Source of the DNA: Alphaproteobacteria bacterium | GTDB taxonomy: Bacteria; Pseudomonadota; Alphaproteobacteria; UBA7879; UBA5542 | Assembly: GCA_046317875.1 (NCBI GenBank) | Contig: JBKCVN010000026.1 | Location: forward strand, 12,617 to 76,616 | DNA length: 64,000 nt | Direction: 5' to 3' | In this document: piece after piece, positions 51,212 to 60,819 of the stretch | How positions within the stretch are numbered: position 1 is the first letter of the stretch | Layout of the letters: each line of letters begins with the position of its first letter | The notes under the pieces: model-generated | Database searches by the model: none | The model's input: the letters and a program-made list of their open reading frames with translations, nothing else | Told to the model about the DNA's origin: nothing | Program-made: the position numbers and the translations under genes

Positions 51212-51718
51212 TTGGTACAATTAAACTATAATTATTCATTACAGGGAATATTCATGAAAAAATTTTACGTAATTTTGACTATGTTTTTGGGTCTGGTTCT
51301 TTCTGGCATTACATCCACAGGGAGTACGAATATCCCTGATAATACACAAAGAAACTCGAGCCCTTACACAGTGGAAAGTCTTATAAAAGAGCGTGAAGAG
51401 TTCGTAAAAATTCTAAGACAAATACCAAATCCACAGGATAAATACTTTTTATTTGATCTTTGGATCGCTTATTTAGGTGAGAGAGCAGCAGTTGTGGGGC
51501 ATGTAGTAGAAATGAGAGAATTAACCCAGGCTCAGGCTAAAACCTATTTAGACCGCTTAGCACTAGAACATCATGTGGCTGCAAGAGCCTTGAAGAAATT
51601 AGGATATCACGAGTTTGCACAACATTTTACCGAGATGGGAAATATTAGAAAGCGTCAATATAATGCCAGATATTATGATGAGAATCAGGAAAATCCCAGC
51701 AAAAGAAGAAAATACTAA
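51212..51718 (+). CDS. Hypothetical small secreted protein (paralog of 52670-53077)
   Basis: Signal peptide. Shares LWI...LGY... segments with the 52670-53077 ORF. AT-rich. Confidence 0.35.
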   Translation: MVQLNYNYSLQGIFMKKFYVILTMFLGLVLSGITSTGSTNIPDNTQRNSSPYTVESLIKEREEFVKILRQIPNPQDKYFLFDLWIAYLGERAAVVGHVVEMRELTQAQAKTYLDRLALEHHVAARALKKLGYHEFAQHFTEMGNIRKRQYNARYYDENQENPSKRRKY

Positions 51719-51752
51719 TCAGTATTAAAATCAGAGTAAGAGAGAAAAAATC

Positions 51753-52598
51753 ATGAAAAAATTTGGAATCGTTTCAATTGTTTTAGTTTTAGTTGTGACC
51801 TACAGCTTCTGTGCCAGCGATATGGGGGGTGGGGCAAGCGCGGAACATTCCAAAACAGGGGAAGTCCATTTCCAGCGTCCAGGTGTTCATCCCTTGACAG
51901 AGGTCATGGAAAAAACAAAGCACCGCAATGCCCATCAGTTTACAACTTTAGTGATTGGTGCAAGTCCATATGAGGCAGAGAGTGATCCTGAGCGTTCTGA
52001 ATTATATCAGAATTCAGATATATTCTTATTAAGCAGCCATGCGCCCGTTAATCCCACTTTGGATGAGTCGAGATTCTTACCGTTGGATTTTAACTTGGAC
52101 ATATTTAATATTTCCCTTGCGAATTCTAAAGCCAGTTCGAGGTTTGATGAAATACTATTTGACTGGTCAACGTATAAGTTTGTTAGAAGTGATAGCGCTA
52201 TGGCCCGTGTTCTTCATAACATGTTGAAAAAGGGGGGGTCTGTCTTTATTCCGGAACCCCAAGGTATGAATGCAGGAGGACTGGTGCCCACTTTGGAAAG
52301 GTTAATAGACTATCCCCAATATAAAGAAGTGTACGATAAGTATAAGCATCACTTACACCTAGGCCATTCGATGAGTGAATACAAAGAAGCCTATTTACAT
52401 GATATAAAGAAAACAAGGGTTGCCCTTTTAGAAAAGGCTCTTCATGCAGCTGGATTTAAAACAGTTCGTGTTGTGCGATCGACCGAAATTCAGGATTCTA
52501 AGGCTTTTGATTTAATTAAACAAAATGTTGTGGCGAAGAATAAATTACGCGGCGATAATCATGAAGAATTTTCCGTACTAGTCGCCACTAAGGAATAA
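51753..52598 (+). CDS. Hypothetical secreted protein (281 aa)
   Basis: Signal peptide MKKFGIVSIVLVLVVTYSFCAS; no confident domain. Confidence 0.35.
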   Translation: MKKFGIVSIVLVLVVTYSFCASDMGGGASAEHSKTGEVHFQRPGVHPLTEVMEKTKHRNAHQFTTLVIGASPYEAESDPERSELYQNSDIFLLSSHAPVNPTLDESRFLPLDFNLDIFNISLANSKASSRFDEILFDWSTYKFVRSDSAMARVLHNMLKKGGSVFIPEPQGMNAGGLVPTLERLIDYPQYKEVYDKYKHHLHLGHSMSEYKEAYLHDIKKTRVALLEKALHAAGFKTVRVVRSTEIQDSKAFDLIKQNVVAKNKLRGDNHEEFSVLVATKE

Positions 52599-52669
52599 CC
52601 TTTTCGCTTGTTTTTTGACGGGCTTTCTGGGAACAATAAAATATATTTTAGGTTTTCAGGAGGGGGATC

Positions 52670-53077
52670 ATGGCTAAAATCATTCAAGGTATCAGTGCAA
52701 TACTTGTTTGCCTATTTAGTGCTTCGGTTTTTGCAAAACCCATCGCACGAGAGAAGCCGTTGCCGGCCATAGGAATAACCCAAGTTCAGAAGGTGGTCTC
52801 GCACCTGCCGGATCGAGCGGATAAATTGGTGGTGTATCGGTTATGGATTGATGCCCTGCAGTTAAAAGTGGCGGATGCGGATCAGGATCGTTTGGCAGGA
52901 AAATTGTTGAACGATCAGTACGATACTTATCTGGACAATATTGCGCAACTTATTCAATTTATTGCCACAGCGGTTCATGATTTGGGATATGTCTCCCTTT
53001 CCCAAGAATGGAAAAAGCTGGGGGGCCAGTACGCCAAGATTACGGCTCATCCCGAAGCCTTGGCGGCTAAGATTTAA
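52670..53077 (+). CDS. Hypothetical small secreted protein (paralog of 51212-51718)
   Basis: Signal peptide. LWIDALQL / DLGYVSL segments parallel LWIAYLGE / KLGYHEF in the 51212-51718 ORF. Confidence 0.35.
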   Translation: MAKIIQGISAILVCLFSASVFAKPIAREKPLPAIGITQVQKVVSHLPDRADKLVVYRLWIDALQLKVADADQDRLAGKLLNDQYDTYLDNIAQLIQFIATAVHDLGYVSLSQEWKKLGGQYAKITAHPEALAAKI

Positions 53078-53096
53078 AAAGCCATCAGGGCTTACC

Positions 53097-54743
53097 TTAT
53101 GGGTGCGTCATCCACCCTGCTTCTGTTAGGGCGTCCTTGATCGCAATTCTCCAGAAGGCCCTTTGCCCTGTATTATCTTCGGATGCATGGGGTGTGTGGA
53201 AGAATCGGAGAGAGTAGTCTTGTTGACTGTTTTTATGAGGTACACGCATGCAGAGGGTCCCATTGCCTTTCTTGATGGGTGTTTTATCTGAAGGATCTTC
53301 AGTCAACAAATTTTGTCCCACTTTTATGTTCATCTGATTTAAAAGATCGATTGCTTTGCGAAATTTCAAAGTTTTAGAACTAGTTAGTTCTTCGATTATA
53401 TGTGAATAGTCTGGGGTTTGAGGGGCCGATGAAGGTTCAATCTTTTTAACGGAAGGTTGTTTAACTCCTCGGTCTAAATGAATAGCTAGGGAATGGGGTT
53501 GTTCCTCTTCCTCTCCCAATGCAATATTTTGATTTTTGCCTTTTCCTTTTGGTTCAGCTTTCGCCCTAGGTGAATCCATTTGTGTCGACTCTGCTTTTTG
53601 TTCAAGGACGGGGGGCAGGGATTGAACTTCATCAGGTATAAGTGTAGCCCCTTCATCAGGCGTAACACTCTTTTGTTCCAGGGGTAGCCTTCCTTTCCCA
53701 AGAGATAAGCCAGGTTGTTGGATTTTTGACATTTCTAAGTGGCCTAATCCCATTTTTTCTTCCAAAAACTTGTCTTCCGCTTCTGATTTCGGTTCAGAAG
53801 AGGAGGAAGGCATTACCAGGGGGGTCGCCAAGGATTCTTTGCCTTCTTTTTTTAGGGAAGCTTCTGCTTGGACTAAAGTATTTTCTATTTTAAACAGAGT
53901 AAGTAACCTGTGAGTCAGGTTGTCTTTAGTTTCTACTTTGGACTCATATAACTGGGCAAGTAAATCATCGGCTAGCTTCAAACTCACTTCAATTTTTTTT
54001 AAAATAGGATTATGGGGATTTTCTTTTGCTATTTGGTCCCTTATATTTAGTCCCCATGCGAAGAACGCCTCTGGATAAGAAAGAAGGCTGGATTCATCAA
54101 CCATTTCCAAAGCAGTTATCCGAATCGGGGACTTTGAAGAGAGAATCCCGTCTTTTTCTTTAAATGTCTTAATGTTCTTTTCTATGGGCTCAAGTTGGCT
54201 CTTAAGAGATTTATTAAGAAAAGGCTTTAGAATAGAACAAATCGTAAAAAAAGTCTCATGTTCGCTTTCTACCCCTCCTAGATTTCTCTTTTGCAGCCGA
54301 AGATGTGAAAAATATTTTTCTGCAGACAGCGCCTCAAAAACATGAAACCACAAAAGGCCACAGTGATGATGGGAAAGAGGGATAAGAGCGATGGTTATCT
54401 CTTGCATGGTCTGCAGTAAGGTAAGATCATGACTAATGGCACGTTTTAATTCTATTAAATCAAACAAACTCCATTTTTCAAGATGATTAGGCATCAGAAT
54501 AGCAGCAGCAGCTTTTTGTCGAATGCGCTTCTCTATGGCCTCATCAGAGATAAAAGCATCAAATTGCTGATTAAACCTGATCCGACCATCTAGAATTTTG
54601 CTCACGGCCTTAAGGGCGCCTTTGGGGTTGGAGATTTCTTCGCGCGAAAAGAGGGGACGTTCCTGGGCAGCTGTCCATGCAATGCTATTGAAAAATAAAG
54701 AAAACATGACTGTGGCAAAGTAACAGTATTTTAGAAAATTCAA
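53097..54743 (-). CDS. Hypothetical secreted protein (548 aa) with a central low-complexity K/E/P/S-rich region
   Basis: Signal peptide MNFLKYCYFATVMFSLFFNSIAWTAA. Co-oriented and adjacent to the tyrosine recombinase gene. Confidence 0.4.
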   Translation of the reverse strand: MNFLKYCYFATVMFSLFFNSIAWTAAQERPLFSREEISNPKGALKAVSKILDGRIRFNQQFDAFISDEAIEKRIRQKAAAAILMPNHLEKWSLFDLIELKRAISHDLTLLQTMQEITIALIPLSHHHCGLLWFHVFEALSAEKYFSHLRLQKRNLGGVESEHETFFTICSILKPFLNKSLKSQLEPIEKNIKTFKEKDGILSSKSPIRITALEMVDESSLLSYPEAFFAWGLNIRDQIAKENPHNPILKKIEVSLKLADDLLAQLYESKVETKDNLTHRLLTLFKIENTLVQAEASLKKEGKESLATPLVMPSSSSEPKSEAEDKFLEEKMGLGHLEMSKIQQPGLSLGKGRLPLEQKSVTPDEGATLIPDEVQSLPPVLEQKAESTQMDSPRAKAEPKGKGKNQNIALGEEEEQPHSLAIHLDRGVKQPSVKKIEPSSAPQTPDYSHIIEELTSSKTLKFRKAIDLLNQMNIKVGQNLLTEDPSDKTPIKKGNGTLCMRVPHKNSQQDYSLRFFHTPHASEDNTGQRAFWRIAIKDALTEAGWMTHP

Positions 54744-54849
54744 TTTGGTGTCCTTTTAAATAAATAACTTCCGAATATATAGAGACTAGATGTGAGAATT
54801 CAAGAATAATTCAATAAAAACATGATTTTAAAGTAAAAAATATAAAGAA

Positions 54850-55755
54850 TTAAGCCCTAGGATGGCTGGATTTATAGATCTGTTGCAACCTTTTGCGGTT
54901 GATCTTGGTGTATCGTTGTGTGGTGGAGAGTGAGGCGTGTCCCAGCAATTCTTGGATGGTGCGGAGGTCTGCATTTTCCTCGAGCAAATGGGTGGCAAAG
55001 CTGTGGCGTAAAGCATGGGGGGTGACCGTTTCAGGCAGATTGAGGGACCGACGTAATTTTCGCATGGAGTTTTCTGCCACCGAAACGTTCAGTCTTTTGC
55101 CCTGGACGCCGTAAAAAAGAGGGTCGTGGGACGATTGTAAAAAGGGGCAGGAGGTGAGGTAAGATTGGATTTTTTCCCATACGATGGGCAGTAGGGGCAC
55201 AAGGCGTTCTTTTTGCCCCTTACCCTTAACGCGTAACATGCCATTGGGTTCGAGGATATCGCCTTGGTTCATTTTTAGGGCCTCGTGAATACGCAGACCA
55301 CAGCCATACAACAGTGTAAAAAAGGCTTCGTCACGTTTGCCCACCCAATCCTGGGGCGCTAAATCACCTGCATGGGCCAGCAGGGTGTGGGCATCCTCTT
55401 GCGACAGGGCCCGGGGAAGGGCTTGCTCTTTTTTTGGGGCCCGAAGGTTGCGGGCGATGGGGTTATGGGCCAGGCCTTGTTGATCGAGAAAGAGGAAGAA
55501 ACTGCGGATGACCGACACCGCCCGTGTGATGGTGGATTTGTTTTGTTCCTGATGGGACAACAGGTGGGTCATCCAGGATCGAAAATCCCGTGCCTTGAGC
55601 AAAGTAAGGTCAGAAAGTGTTACTTCTTGGCCCACATGGGTTTGAAGAAAAGACAAAAATTCATTCAGCACACGTGTGTATACCTGTACCGTGAGGGGCG
55701 AGAGATTTTTTTCCTTTTGAAGCCAGTTGATCCAGTTTTGGATGGGAAGCGACAT
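54850..55755 (-). CDS. xerC: Tyrosine site-specific recombinase (XerC/XerD family)
   Basis: Catalytic R...HxxR...Y: ALRHSFATHLL, LGHASLSTTQRYT. The N-terminal SAM-like domain (TVQVYTRVLNEF) is present. Confidence 0.8.
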   Translation of the reverse strand: MSLPIQNWINWLQKEKNLSPLTVQVYTRVLNEFLSFLQTHVGQEVTLSDLTLLKARDFRSWMTHLLSHQEQNKSTITRAVSVIRSFFLFLDQQGLAHNPIARNLRAPKKEQALPRALSQEDAHTLLAHAGDLAPQDWVGKRDEAFFTLLYGCGLRIHEALKMNQGDILEPNGMLRVKGKGQKERLVPLLPIVWEKIQSYLTSCPFLQSSHDPLFYGVQGKRLNVSVAENSMRKLRRSLNLPETVTPHALRHSFATHLLEENADLRTIQELLGHASLSTTQRYTKINRKRLQQIYKSSHPRA

Positions 55756-56006
55756 GCTACTCTCTTTTTTTTATTCATGGGCGGTATCTTATCATTCGAG
55801 CACTATATATAGTATGCCTAAAAAAGAAGTTTGTGAAAAGCATACCATAGAACAATATAATGGATTTAAACCTATACCTAAGATATTCAGGTATGTAAGT
55901 CATAAATATTTAATCTCTATGGGGGGATCAGATAAATGTAAGAAATTTTTTTCTTCTTTAAAAACATGTTACAATAATAAAAAATGCTAAAAAAACAGGG
56001 AATCAC

Positions 56007-56726
56007 ATGTTAAAAAATTCATATTATTTTATGATCTTATTGTTTTTGCCATTCATGAATGCGATAGCATCAGATGCACCATGTCCCACCACCCAGCCTT
56101 GCAAAAGCGCAAAAGATTGCCAGTGGAAACCAGGGCCTCAATGTGGAAATGATTTTTTGCATCAGCGATTTAAAAACCTGAAAAAAGACCAGAACACGCA
56201 TAATCATGGACATCGGTGTAGAACCTTAGAAGCTTACCAAAAAATGGTCAAGGGGGGGCGCCTAAAGAATGCTTTGACCTCAAACTGTTTTAAAGAATTT
56301 TGCAGATACTGGTGTTTAGCCGGACAAAGTGCCAAAAAGACCCAAGATGCCGAGTACGAATTATGTAAATCTTGTGTTAGTGCGACTCGATTAAGGCCTG
56401 AAGAACGCGAGTTAGCAGCTTCATGGTATGATGTCACTCTGCCAGCTAAAAGCCTTAACAAAGAAAGCCCCTCTAAGCTTATGTTTAGAGACGCTTATCG
56501 AAAAGTAAAAGATTCTTTGGGATCGTCTTACATAAAAAATAAAATGAAATGGTGTAAGAAATCATGTAACAAACGTCAAATTGGACTTTATCCTAACGGT
56601 GACGATGATCGTGACACGAAATCTAAGATGGATCAGTATTATAATAAATGTAGAATTATTTGTGGATTAAAGTCCGAGAATCTCGCGCACGGTCTGAATC
56701 TTAAACCCGCAGCTGATAATTTTTAA
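56007..56726 (+). CDS. Cysteine- and lysine-rich secreted protein
   Basis: Signal peptide MILLFLPFMNAIASDA; ~20 Cys in 239 aa; AT-rich. Confidence 0.4.
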   Translation: MLKNSYYFMILLFLPFMNAIASDAPCPTTQPCKSAKDCQWKPGPQCGNDFLHQRFKNLKKDQNTHNHGHRCRTLEAYQKMVKGGRLKNALTSNCFKEFCRYWCLAGQSAKKTQDAEYELCKSCVSATRLRPEERELAASWYDVTLPAKSLNKESPSKLMFRDAYRKVKDSLGSSYIKNKMKWCKKSCNKRQIGLYPNGDDDRDTKSKMDQYYNKCRIICGLKSENLAHGLNLKPAADNF

Positions 56727-56843
56727 AAAACTGAAGAAAAAAGAATTCTGGGGGAACGATAGTCTATTCCGTCATTCGGGGATTTCAATTGAGATAGGGG
56801 GGGCCAAGTTTGTTGATTCAACAACAATAACCCGCCTTGTAAA

Positions 56844-57497
56844 TTAAATCTTCTGGCCTGAATCTTTCCAATCTTTCAGGAACATCTCGAGTCCCTTATC
56901 GGTGAGAGGGTGATGAAGCAATTGTTTGATCACTTTGGAGGGCGCCGTCATCACGTGGGCACCCATCATGGCCGCATCCAGTATGTGACGTGGATGACGG
57001 ACCGAGGCCACCAGAACTTCGGTGGTCAGTTCAGGATAATTCCCATAAATCTGGCAAATTTCTTGAATCAAAGCCAGGCCGTCTTGCCCGATATCATCCA
57101 AACGGCCCACAAAGGGGGAAATAAATGTGGCCCCCGCTTTGGCTGCCATCAGGGCTTGGCCTGAAGAAAAACATAGCGTTACGTTGGTCATGGTGCCCTC
57201 TTGATGAAGTACGTGGCAAGCCTTGAGCCCTTCACCGGTAAGGGGCAATTTCACACATACGTTCGGGGCAATTTTAGCCAAAGCCCGCCCTTCAGCCAAC
57301 ATGCCTAGGCTATCTGTCGAGACCACTTCTGCACTGACGGGGCCGGGCACAATTTCGCAAATTTCTTGGATCACATCCTTAAAATTACGACCTGACTTGG
57401 CAACAATGGTGGGGTTGGTGGTCACACCATCCACAACGCCCATGGCGGCGAGTTCTTTAATTTCTGCAATATCAACACCGTCTACAAAAAACTTCAT
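56844..57497 (-). CDS. tal: Short-form transaldolase / fructose-6-phosphate aldolase
   Basis: [31 protein letters not shown] and a TGEGLKA Schiff-base Lys region. Confidence 0.85.
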   Translation of the reverse strand: MKFFVDGVDIAEIKELAAMGVVDGVTTNPTIVAKSGRNFKDVIQEICEIVPGPVSAEVVSTDSLGMLAEGRALAKIAPNVCVKLPLTGEGLKACHVLHQEGTMTNVTLCFSSGQALMAAKAGATFISPFVGRLDDIGQDGLALIQEICQIYGNYPELTTEVLVASVRHPRHILDAAMMGAHVMTAPSKVIKQLLHHPLTDKGLEMFLKDWKDSGQKI

Positions 57498-57558
57498 GGG
57501 CTTTCTACTTTCTGCTACTAATTAAGAGTCTTGATCACCATATCGAAAAAAAGAAAAA

Positions 57559-59589
57559 ATGTCAGCGCCTTGTGAAAAAAAAGTTGAAGTTTTATTGCCG
57601 GTTCCTTTTGACCAGACCTTTTCATATGGTGTGCCGAGCGAATTTAAGGTGGGAAAAGGGGATTATGTTCAGGTGTCCTTTGGAAGTCGCACTTTGGTGG
57701 GGGTGCTATGGAGTGAAGCTGTGCCTGGGGAAGAAGAAACCCCAGTTGTACCAGCGTTAGGGCCAGCAAAGAAAGCCTATACCCTGAAACCCTTATTAAA
57801 GAAATTTGATTTTCCGCCTTTGAGCCCCCAATCCATAAAATTTGTAGAGTGGGTGGCCCATTATTATATGGCGCCCCTGGGGATGGTTTTAAAGATGGTG
57901 TTGGCTGAGCCATCAGTTTTTAAAGATATAAAACGTCGCACCCCAAAAGAGATGCCGTTGAAACAATCTGGAGAGCCAGTGGTATTGTCGGCGTCTCAAG
58001 AATCTTGTGTTTCTTTTTTAAAAGAAAAGATGGAGGGGTTCCATACTGTGTTATTAGAGGGGGCCACGGGGTCGGGTAAAACTGAAGTGTACCTGGAACT
58101 GGTGAAAGAGATCTGTGCCAAAGGTCAACAAGCCGTTGTTTTATTACCCGAAATTGGGTTGGGTACCCAGTGGGTGGCGCGGTTTGAAAAGCGGTTTGGG
58201 GAAAAGCCTATATTGTGGCATTCAGACCTGACCCCGGCCCAACGCCGTGATAATTGGGAAAAGATAGCCCAAGGCGAGGCTCGTGTTGTGGTGGGGGCCC
58301 GATCGGCTTTGTTTTTGCCCTATCCAAACCTAGGGCTGGTGGTGGTAGATGAAGAACACGATGGGGGGTACAAACAAGAATCCGGTGTCTTTTACCATGC
58401 CCGTGATATGGCAGTGATTCGGGGGTCTTTGGCCTCGTGTTTGGTGGTGTTGGCCTCGGCCACGCCCTCGTTGGAAACGGTGGTGAATGTGGAGCAGGGG
58501 CGATACGACAAATGCCATCTGGACCAACGATATGGGGAAGCTGGGTTTGCACACGTTACCCTGATAGATCGCCGTGCCAAGGAAGGAAATCTGGTGCCCG
58601 GCAGCCGTTGGATTTCAAAACCCCTCTATGTGGCCATACAAGAAACCTTGGCCCAGAAGGATCAGGTTTTATTGTTTTTGAACCGTCGTGGCTATGCACC
58701 CATGCTGTTGTGTAGTGCCTGTGGCGAGCGAACCACCTGTAAACAATGTGATGCGTGGTTGGTGCATCATAAAACCCAAAATAAGTTACAATGCCACCAT
58801 TGTGGCTATACGGAACGACCCCGAACGGTGTGTAAGGGGTGTGGAGAAGAAAATACACTCATTCCCTGTGGGCCGGGGGTGGAACGGGTGATGGAAGAAG
58901 TAACGGCCTTATTCCCCGACGCCCGCACCTTGATGATGACCAGCGATACCATGACTACCCTGAAACAATCGGAAGAGATGATTGGCAAGATCGAAAAAAA
59001 ACAGGTGGATATTATTGTGGGGACCCAAGTTATGGCCAAGGGGCACCACTTTCCTGATTTAACTTTGGTGGGGGTTATTGATGGGGATTTGGGGCTGGGG
59101 GGCAATGATTTACGCCTGGTAGAGCGCACTTATCAGTTGTTGCACCAAGTCTCGGGCCGATCGGGCCGGGCGCAGAAAAAAGGGCGGGTGATGATTCAGT
59201 CGCACATGGGGGACCATCCCGTGATGCAGGCTTTAATGGTGCAGGACCCCTCGGGTTTTTTGGCGCTGGAAAAAGAAAGCCGGCAAGTGTTTGGCTTTCC
59301 CCCCTATGGACGGTTGGCCGCGGTGATTTTATCGGGACGTCAAAGCCATCAGGTGGAGGCTGCGGCCCGCCAAATGGCAGCCTGTATTCCCGTGATAAAA
59401 GAGATTGAAGTGTTGGGACCGGTGCCGGCCGCCATGAGCCGGTTGAAGGGCCAATATCGGTGGCGGTTTTTGGTAAAAAGTGAGCGTGGGATTAAGATAC
59501 AATCCTTCCTAAAGAAATGGGTGGAAACCGCCCAGATTCCCACCCACATTCGATTACAGATTGATATGGATCCTTATAACTTTTATTAG
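57559..59589 (+). CDS. priA: Primosomal protein N' (PriA helicase)
   Basis: Walker A GATGSGKTEVY, DEEH box, and a Cys4 zinc-binding region (CSACG...CKQCD...CHHCG...CKGCG). Confidence 0.9.
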   Translation: MSAPCEKKVEVLLPVPFDQTFSYGVPSEFKVGKGDYVQVSFGSRTLVGVLWSEAVPGEEETPVVPALGPAKKAYTLKPLLKKFDFPPLSPQSIKFVEWVAHYYMAPLGMVLKMVLAEPSVFKDIKRRTPKEMPLKQSGEPVVLSASQESCVSFLKEKMEGFHTVLLEGATGSGKTEVYLELVKEICAKGQQAVVLLPEIGLGTQWVARFEKRFGEKPILWHSDLTPAQRRDNWEKIAQGEARVVVGARSALFLPYPNLGLVVVDEEHDGGYKQESGVFYHARDMAVIRGSLASCLVVLASATPSLETVVNVEQGRYDKCHLDQRYGEAGFAHVTLIDRRAKEGNLVPGSRWISKPLYVAIQETLAQKDQVLLFLNRRGYAPMLLCSACGERTTCKQCDAWLVHHKTQNKLQCHHCGYTERPRTVCKGCGEENTLIPCGPGVERVMEEVTALFPDARTLMMTSDTMTTLKQSEEMIGKIEKKQVDIIVGTQVMAKGHHFPDLTLVGVIDGDLGLGGNDLRLVERTYQLLHQVSGRSGRAQKKGRVMIQSHMGDHPVMQALMVQDPSGFLALEKESRQVFGFPPYGRLAAVILSGRQSHQVEAAARQMAACIPVIKEIEVLGPVPAAMSRLKGQYRWRFLVKSERGIKIQSFLKKWVETAQIPTHIRLQIDMDPYNFY

Positions 59590-60767
59590 GGTTTGGCCTC
59601 GGCTGCGGTTGCGGCGGCAGGTTCGGGACGGGCCATGACCTTGTTAATTTTCTCCACCAGTTCGGGGGTGAGGGTTTGGAATACATTCAAGGTAAAATGT
59701 TCTTCTTCCCCAGAAAGAACATTCTTGCCACGGATATTACTAGAATAAGACATCAGTCCAAATAGAGAAAATTTATCATCTTCTTTTGTAAATACGGGGC
59801 AACCACTGGTACCACCCACACAGGGACCGAAAAGTTTTTTCTCTTCATCGGATAGTGTATGAAAAGCTAGGCTTGATTCTTTTTTAAAAGACTCATTGTC
59901 GCTAGGGTTTAATTTTTCAAAACATCCAAATGCTTTGGGCTTTACGGGTACTGTTCTTAGTGTTTGTACGAAAACCTGGGGCCGAAAATGGGCACACACG
60001 CTGTCTCGAGTCTGGGTTACCAGGGAAGGAAGCCTATGATCGGGGTGCTCAAATATTTTTGGCAGAGGGGCTCTGTCCATAAATGTTGTTCCATTCATGG
60101 ATTTTTGTCCATCAGCAAAACACCACAAACCTTGGGAGGCGATTCCATAAACATTAACGGTGGGGGGATCGATGGGGGTGGCAGAAAGGGTAATGGGTGC
60201 AATATTTGGAAGGGGGTTTTCTACCTTTAACAAAAGAATATCATGAAGTGTGTTAATAGTATGTTTCCCATTTCTTATGATGAAATCATGGGTGCTTAAA
60301 TTTTGCCGAAAGCTTTTTAAAAGCCCATTCTCTTTTCCATCACTGAATAGTGGGGGGATATGCTTTTCACTTATTGTGACTTTTGAGAATTGATAACGAT
60401 TCGTGCAGTGGTATAATGTTTTATCTTTTTTGGCTTTGGTAATATCCATGTTGCTATTAGTGAGATCAATAGGAATGGTGCTAGGGGAAGGGCTGACCCA
60501 AACGGATGTGTCAGCATCTAATATATGGGTATGATGACAGGAGGTGAGAATATAGTGGGCATTTAAGGCAACGCCTGACCCCATGGAAAGGTCTTGCTCT
60601 CCTTTTTTGTAAGAGACGACCGTCATTATGTTCCCGGCGGGGAAGGTTGGGTGGCTTGCGATGAAAGCTTTTGAGGCTTCATTTGCCTCGAAGGGGTCCT
60701 CAAAAGCCCCAAATCCAGATATAAAAGAACATAGGGTCAGTAGAAAAACTTTTTTTAAGTGCATCAT
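59586..60767 (-). CDS. Secreted trypsin-like (S1/chymotrypsin-fold) serine protease, paralog 1
   Basis: Signal peptide MMHLKKVFLLTLCSFISGFGA; His box LTSCHH; Asp in HDILLLKV; catalytic Ser box GGTSGCPVF. Its stop overlaps the priA stop. Confidence 0.7.
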   Translation of the reverse strand: MMHLKKVFLLTLCSFISGFGAFEDPFEANEASKAFIASHPTFPAGNIMTVVSYKKGEQDLSMGSGVALNAHYILTSCHHTHILDADTSVWVSPSPSTIPIDLTNSNMDITKAKKDKTLYHCTNRYQFSKVTISEKHIPPLFSDGKENGLLKSFRQNLSTHDFIIRNGKHTINTLHDILLLKVENPLPNIAPITLSATPIDPPTVNVYGIASQGLWCFADGQKSMNGTTFMDRAPLPKIFEHPDHRLPSLVTQTRDSVCAHFRPQVFVQTLRTVPVKPKAFGCFEKLNPSDNESFKKESSLAFHTLSDEEKKLFGPCVGGTSGCPVFTKEDDKFSLFGLMSYSSNIRGKNVLSGEEEHFTLNVFQTLTPELVEKINKVMARPEPAAATAAEAKP

Positions 60768-60819
60768 GATTCTTTCGTAATGAAATAAATGCCTTATCTT
60801 ATAACAAGTTTTTTTACTT

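Noticed and set aside
56727-56843. AT-rich perfect palindrome ttgttgattcaacaa between convergent genes
   Set aside because: Could be a weak bidirectional terminator, but the stem is AT-only and has no flanking T-run, so it is not called as a feature
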